From positions 512,001 to 576,000 of the forward strand of contig JAXGMI010000001.1 of the NCBI GenBank assembly GCA_040768745.1: a DNA stretch of 64,000 nucleotides, read 5' to 3'. A program made the translations under genes and the position numbers. Source of the stretch: Desulfomicrobium sp. Lineage in GTDB: Bacteria > Desulfobacterota > Desulfovibrionia > Desulfovibrionales > Desulfomicrobiaceae. Numbering within the stretch: the first letter of the stretch is position 1; each line of letters begins with the position of its first letter. Under the pieces are notes generated by a model. The model was not told where the DNA came from and made no database searches. It saw nothing but the letters and a program-made list of their open reading frames with translations. Positions 60,326 to 64,000 of the stretch are shown piece by piece.

Positions 60326-60916
60326 ATGCAAGAGCGATCCAAGAGCGCCCTGCGGACTGCCTTCCGCCAACTCCGCCAGCACCTTGATCCAGGTCAGGCA
60401 GCAACGGACAGCTCCATGGTCCGCGAGCGCTTGCTGAACCTTGACCGGTTCCGGCAGGCCAGGTCCGTGCTGCTGTATCTGCCCACCAGCGGGGAGGTCG
60501 ATACCTGGCCTCTCCTGGACCATTTCTGGAAAATGGGCAACCAGGTCCTTCTGCCCCGCTGTCGTCCCCATGAACCCGGGATCATGGACGCGTACGCCGT
60601 GACTTCGCGACACGACCTGGCCCAAGGGAGTTTTGGCCTGACCGAACCGCGCCCGGACCTGGCCCGGCTGATCCCGCAGCCAGATCCGGAGGTTGTCCTG
60701 ATCCCGGCCTTGGCCTTTGACCGGCGCGGCTATCGCCTGGGCTTTGGGGGGGGCTACTACGACCGCTTTTTGCCCACCCTGTCCGCCCTGACCCTGCTCA
60801 TCGGGCCTGCCTATGATTTTCAGGTTCTGGACCTCCTGCCTGTTGATCCGTGGGACATCCCGGTCCACCTGATCGCCACCCCGAAGGCAGCCATCACACC
60901 TCAGCCGGAGTCATAA
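60326..60916 (+). CDS. 5-formyltetrahydrofolate cyclo-ligase
   Basis: EVDT, LPR, PALAFDRRGYRLGFGGGYYDR. Confidence 0.94.
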   Translation: MQERSKSALRTAFRQLRQHLDPGQAATDSSMVRERLLNLDRFRQARSVLLYLPTSGEVDTWPLLDHFWKMGNQVLLPRCRPHEPGIMDAYAVTSRHDLAQGSFGLTEPRPDLARLIPQPDPEVVLIPALAFDRRGYRLGFGGGYYDRFLPTLSALTLLIGPAYDFQVLDLLPVDPWDIPVHLIATPKAAITPQPES

Positions 60917-61654
60917 ATGTCTGTGGATTATCTTGATTTTCACTTCCCCGGACTCAGCAACGTGCGCTGCGTTTTCACCACCCGCCATGGAGGACACAGC
61001 ACAGGTGATTTTTCCCAGGCCAACATGTCCCTCGAAGTGGGCGATGCGCTGGAGGCGGTGCGGGCTAACCGGGCCGGACTGCGTCGGGAACTCGGCATCC
61101 GGGTCTGGCAGGAGCTGAGGCAGGTGCACGAACAGTCCGTGTTCATGGACCTGGAGGAGGACTTCTTTTCCGGAGCCACCCTGGAAGGCGACGGGTTGTG
61201 CACATGCAGAACAAGCCACGCCCTGGTCGTCAAGACCGCGGACTGCCAGGCTCTTCTGCTAGCGGACATGGCCGGCCGCCATGTGGCGGCCCTGCACTGC
61301 GGATGGAGAGGAAACGCCGGGAATTTTCCGGCCGCCGGAGTGCGCAAATTCTGCGCCCATTACGGAGTGGATCCGACCGAGGTCCTGGTGGTGCGGGGAC
61401 CGAGCCTCGGACCGGGCAAAAGCGAATTCGTCAATTTCAACACCGAGTGGAACCCCATGTTCCGATCCTACTTCAATCCCCTGACCCGCAGCGTGGACTT
61501 GTGGACCCTGACCCGCAACCAGCTCATGGGGGCAGGCATCCCGGCCAGGAACATCTACTCCCTGGATCTGTGCACGGCCTCATCCTCCCAGTTTTTCTCC
61601 TACCGCCGGGACAAGGTCACTGGCCGTCAGCTCGGCATCATCTGGATGGAATAG
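60917..61654 (+). CDS. pgeF: YfiH/PgeF (laccase-like, purine nucleoside phosphorylase) family protein
   Basis: FTTRHGG, QVH, TADC, HCGWRG, CT, FFSYRR. Confidence 0.9.
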   Translation: MSVDYLDFHFPGLSNVRCVFTTRHGGHSTGDFSQANMSLEVGDALEAVRANRAGLRRELGIRVWQELRQVHEQSVFMDLEEDFFSGATLEGDGLCTCRTSHALVVKTADCQALLLADMAGRHVAALHCGWRGNAGNFPAAGVRKFCAHYGVDPTEVLVVRGPSLGPGKSEFVNFNTEWNPMFRSYFNPLTRSVDLWTLTRNQLMGAGIPARNIYSLDLCTASSSQFFSYRRDKVTGRQLGIIWME

Positions 61655-61678
61655 TCCCCCTGATGGGACCCTCCCGGC

Positions 61679-62032
61679 TCAACCCCTGCGGCTCATGATC
61701 CGCCGGCTGGACAGAGGGGTGATGAGGGCCCCGTTCCGGTAGCCGCCCATGCGTCGGTTCTCGGACCTGAGCTTGAGCAGCTCTTCCTTCAAGGACTGGT
61801 GCAGGGCCCTGACCTCCCGCTGCAGTTGGCCGTTCATGGCCGAAATCCTTGCCAGTTTGTCCAGAAATTCCTCATCCCTGCGGGCTGCGTCGCTGGCCAG
61901 GAAGCGTTGGATGGCCGATTCCCTGGCCAAGAGCACGCCGGAAAGCCTCTCCGTGTCGCGGGCGGCAACAAGGCCCATCTCCTCCTGTCCCAGGCCCATG
62001 ATCCCCTCGAATCCACCACTCCCTTCAGTCAT
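61679..62032 (-). CDS. Small coiled-coil protein, possibly FlgN/FliT-like
   Basis: Helical, ends RRMGGY; overlaps the upstream gene; AGGAAGGA RBS. Confidence 0.6.
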   Translation of the reverse strand: MTEGSGGFEGIMGLGQEEMGLVAARDTERLSGVLLARESAIQRFLASDAARRDEEFLDKLARISAMNGQLQREVRALHQSLKEELLKLRSENRRMGGYRNGALITPLSSRRIMSRRG

Positions 62033-62642
62033 GGCTGTCCTTCCTGGCCGATTCCTCGACGCTGTTGTGCAACTGGACGATGAGGGCCTTGGTTCTGTCC
62101 ACCATTGGCAGGTATTCGAATTCCAGCAGGTCCGCGAGCAGGATCCAGTCCTGGTTCTCCTGAATCTCAATCAGTTCGGTGAACAACACGGACAGACCCT
62201 CCAGGGACGATGCGAACTCCGCCGGCGCGCTGACGCCGAATTCATTCCTGAGCACGCCGACCATGGCCAGAAAATCCCGGTGCACGTCCAGCAGGTCTGA
62301 GTAGAGTTCCAGGGCCTGGGCGTCGTCGGCCTGGCGGAAGAAATCGGCCACCTGCTGACCCGCCGCGGCCATCAGAGAGACGACCTTATGCAATTCGGCG
62401 ACAATGTTCCGGGCCATTTCCACGGCGGGCACGGACACGATTTCCACTCGGTTTATGTCGTGCGCTTCCACATCCTGGGCCTGATGGGGATACACCTCCG
62501 AAAACGCCTCGTCGTTGACGAAGACGTCGGTCACGATCCGGCTGCGCATGCGCTCGCCATCCAGGACTTCCTCAATGATCTGCTCTAGGTTTTGGAAATG
62601 TACGACTTCCAGGGGACTGGGTTGACCGTCGACAATGATCAT
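62025..62642 (-). CDS. Conserved hypothetical protein
   Basis: GGAGG RBS; C-terminal DWILLADLLEFE motif. Confidence 0.78.
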   Translation of the reverse strand: MIIVDGQPSPLEVVHFQNLEQIIEEVLDGERMRSRIVTDVFVNDEAFSEVYPHQAQDVEAHDINRVEIVSVPAVEMARNIVAELHKVVSLMAAAGQQVADFFRQADDAQALELYSDLLDVHRDFLAMVGVLRNEFGVSAPAEFASSLEGLSVLFTELIEIQENQDWILLADLLEFEYLPMVDRTKALIVQLHNSVEESARKDSHD

Positions 62643-62689
62643 ATTTTCGCCCTCCGCATGGGGATGAATTTGCCGTAGCACTCGGGATT

Positions 62690-62705
62690 ATCAACAATCA
62701 TGCCA
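62690..62705 (-). promoter_or_regulatory. Candidate sigma-54 promoter
   Basis: Minus strand TGGCATGATTGTTGAT (TGGCAY-N5-TTG) about 48 nt upstream of ATG 62642; the -12 element is GA, not GC. Confidence 0.35.
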
Positions 62706-64000
62706 AGCCAAGACACTGCTGAAAAACACGCAGCAGCTCGCTGTACCGTCCACACAAGCCCAGGAACATGGCCATGTCTCCGCCGTGATCCTGGGCTTGA
62801 TGATTCCACATGGGCCCCAGCGCCCCAAGGGCCGGACTGCCCGCAAAAAAATCCTGCACGTTCTGACAGTTGGCCAGGAATTTTTTTCGTACCGGTGCGC
62901 CCGGGTTCATGGTCAACAGGCGGCCCTGCTCCTGCACCAGGGCCAGCAGGAGCAGACCGCGCTGCAGGTCCTGCTTCAGCCGGCGTTTGAACTGGCCGCA
63001 CGGCCATGACTGCCCCACCATTTCCCCCACAGGCTTCTGGTCAAGGAATTGGCGGTAGACATCCCTCTGCACGCTCACCCATCGACTGCGATCCTCGGTT
63101 TCGTGTCCGGAAAGGGAGACGAGGCCCATGAACCCGTAGCCGTCTCGGCGACCCTGCCACACCCTCGCACCGAGTCCGGGGGGAACGGTCCAGTCTCCAG
63201 AACGCAGGAAGCCTTCCACAAACAGGCCCACCGCTTCGGGGTCCATGCGTCTCTGGCAGGCCATGCCGTTGGGGCAGACCTGCCCGAAGGAGCAGGGGTG
63301 ACAGGCCATATCCGGCTCCAGGCTGATGCTCCCCTCCAGGTAGGGCCCCGTGTCGAAGGGCTGGGCAGTAGCCAGAAAGACAGCCGCCACGGGTACGCCA
63401 AGTCCTGCAGCAAGGTGCATGGTGCCTGTGTCGTTGGTCAGCAGGAGCCGGGCGCGGAGGAGAACCGCTGCCAGGGTGGGAACGTCTGTTCGGCCGATCA
63501 GATCCCTGAACGGATACTGGGCCAGCCTGGCGAATTCCAGGCCCAGGTGGGCCTCCCCGGCACTGCCCACCAGAACCGGCGTGCACCCTGTTTTTTCCCA
63601 CACAACCCCGCCGGCCCGGGCAAAGGCCGCCACTGGCCAGCGCCGGGCGCCCTGACTGGCTCCCAATTGAAGCGCGACCAGCCCTGGGCCGTGCAAGCCT
63701 TCAAGCAAAGACCCGGCGCAGATTTGCGCTTCCCGATCCGGGGCTTTCAAGGCAAAAGGACCGGGGTCGAGACCGGCCACGCGCTGGAACACATCGACCA
63801 GATTGAACGGGCTGCAGCCCCGGTAGGCCGAAGCGGCCTGCAGAAAGACGGCCCAGGGGGAGGAATGCTGCCCGAAACCGAAGGCATCCAGTCCAAAACC
63901 GCCGTCCCCGTTCTGGCCCAGGACCCGCCCCAGAAGACGGGCGGGCAAGGTCGGGGTCAGGTTGAGGACCCGCGCTGGCATGGGATCCTGTGCCTGGACA
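62698..64000 (-). CDS. Glycosyltransferase family 9 (heptosyltransferase-like), 5' end outside window
   Basis: LQLGAS..RRWP, DLIGRT, TNDTGTMHLAAG, CHPC. Confidence 0.88.
   Translation of the reverse strand, partial: VQAQDPMPARVLNLTPTLPARLLGRVLGQNGDGGFGLDAFGFGQHSSPWAVFLQAASAYRGCSPFNLVDVFQRVAGLDPGPFALKAPDREAQICAGSLLEGLHGPGLVALQLGASQGARRWPVAAFARAGGVVWEKTGCTPVLVGSAGEAHLGLEFARLAQYPFRDLIGRTDVPTLAAVLLRARLLLTNDTGTMHLAAGLGVPVAAVFLATAQPFDTGPYLEGSISLEPDMACHPCSFGQVCPNGMACQRRMDPEAVGLFVEGFLRSGDWTVPPGLGARVWQGRRDGYGFMGLVSLSGHETEDRSRWVSVQRDVYRQFLDQKPVGEMVGQSWPCGQFKRRLKQDLQRGLLLLALVQEQGRLLTMNPGAPVRKKFLANCQNVQDFFAGSPALGALGPMWNHQAQDHGGDMAMFLGLCGRYSELLRVFQQCLGLA

Noticed and set aside
59591..60916. 425-aa and 410-aa overlapping ORFs
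   Set aside because: Same artefact. The plausible starts are 60259 (-) and 60326 (+).

Overview
GC-rich chromosomal window that looks like a Desulfovibrionales (Desulfomicrobium-like) sulfate reducer. This is inferred from gene content and order (pyrG-kdsA-kdsC-lptCAB-rpoN-hpf-ptsN-rapZ-PTS-ppaC; hypCDE; HD-ddl-waaA-kdsB-carA). About 1-9.9 kb is an accessory-looking segment ending at the 3' end of tRNA-Ser(CGA). It holds the left end of an IS66 that truncates a membrane-protein gene downstream of an HlyB-type T1SS ABC transporter, a double DUF1566 protein, an orphan OmpR/CpxR-like regulator, a PilZ protein, and NhaC and EamA transporters around a ~15% GC spacer. The rest is mostly core genes, plus a 1582-aa methyltransferase/glycosyltransferase fusion, a MacAB-OMF efflux operon, a second PilZ paralog and a phosphoesterase-xth-tetR-rtcB-aspartokinase cluster. 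The best leads are: a -1 frame break at a T9 run in the PTS EIIC-like gene, fed by a coupled mini-ORF; a 46-aa membrane protein missed by the ORF track; the IS-truncated, compositionally mosaic gene next to the T1SS; the tadA stop codon inside tRNA-Ser; and the RtcB cluster. No CRISPR array, rRNA, prophage or reverse transcriptase was seen. All product calls come from motif recognition by eye, not from database searches.
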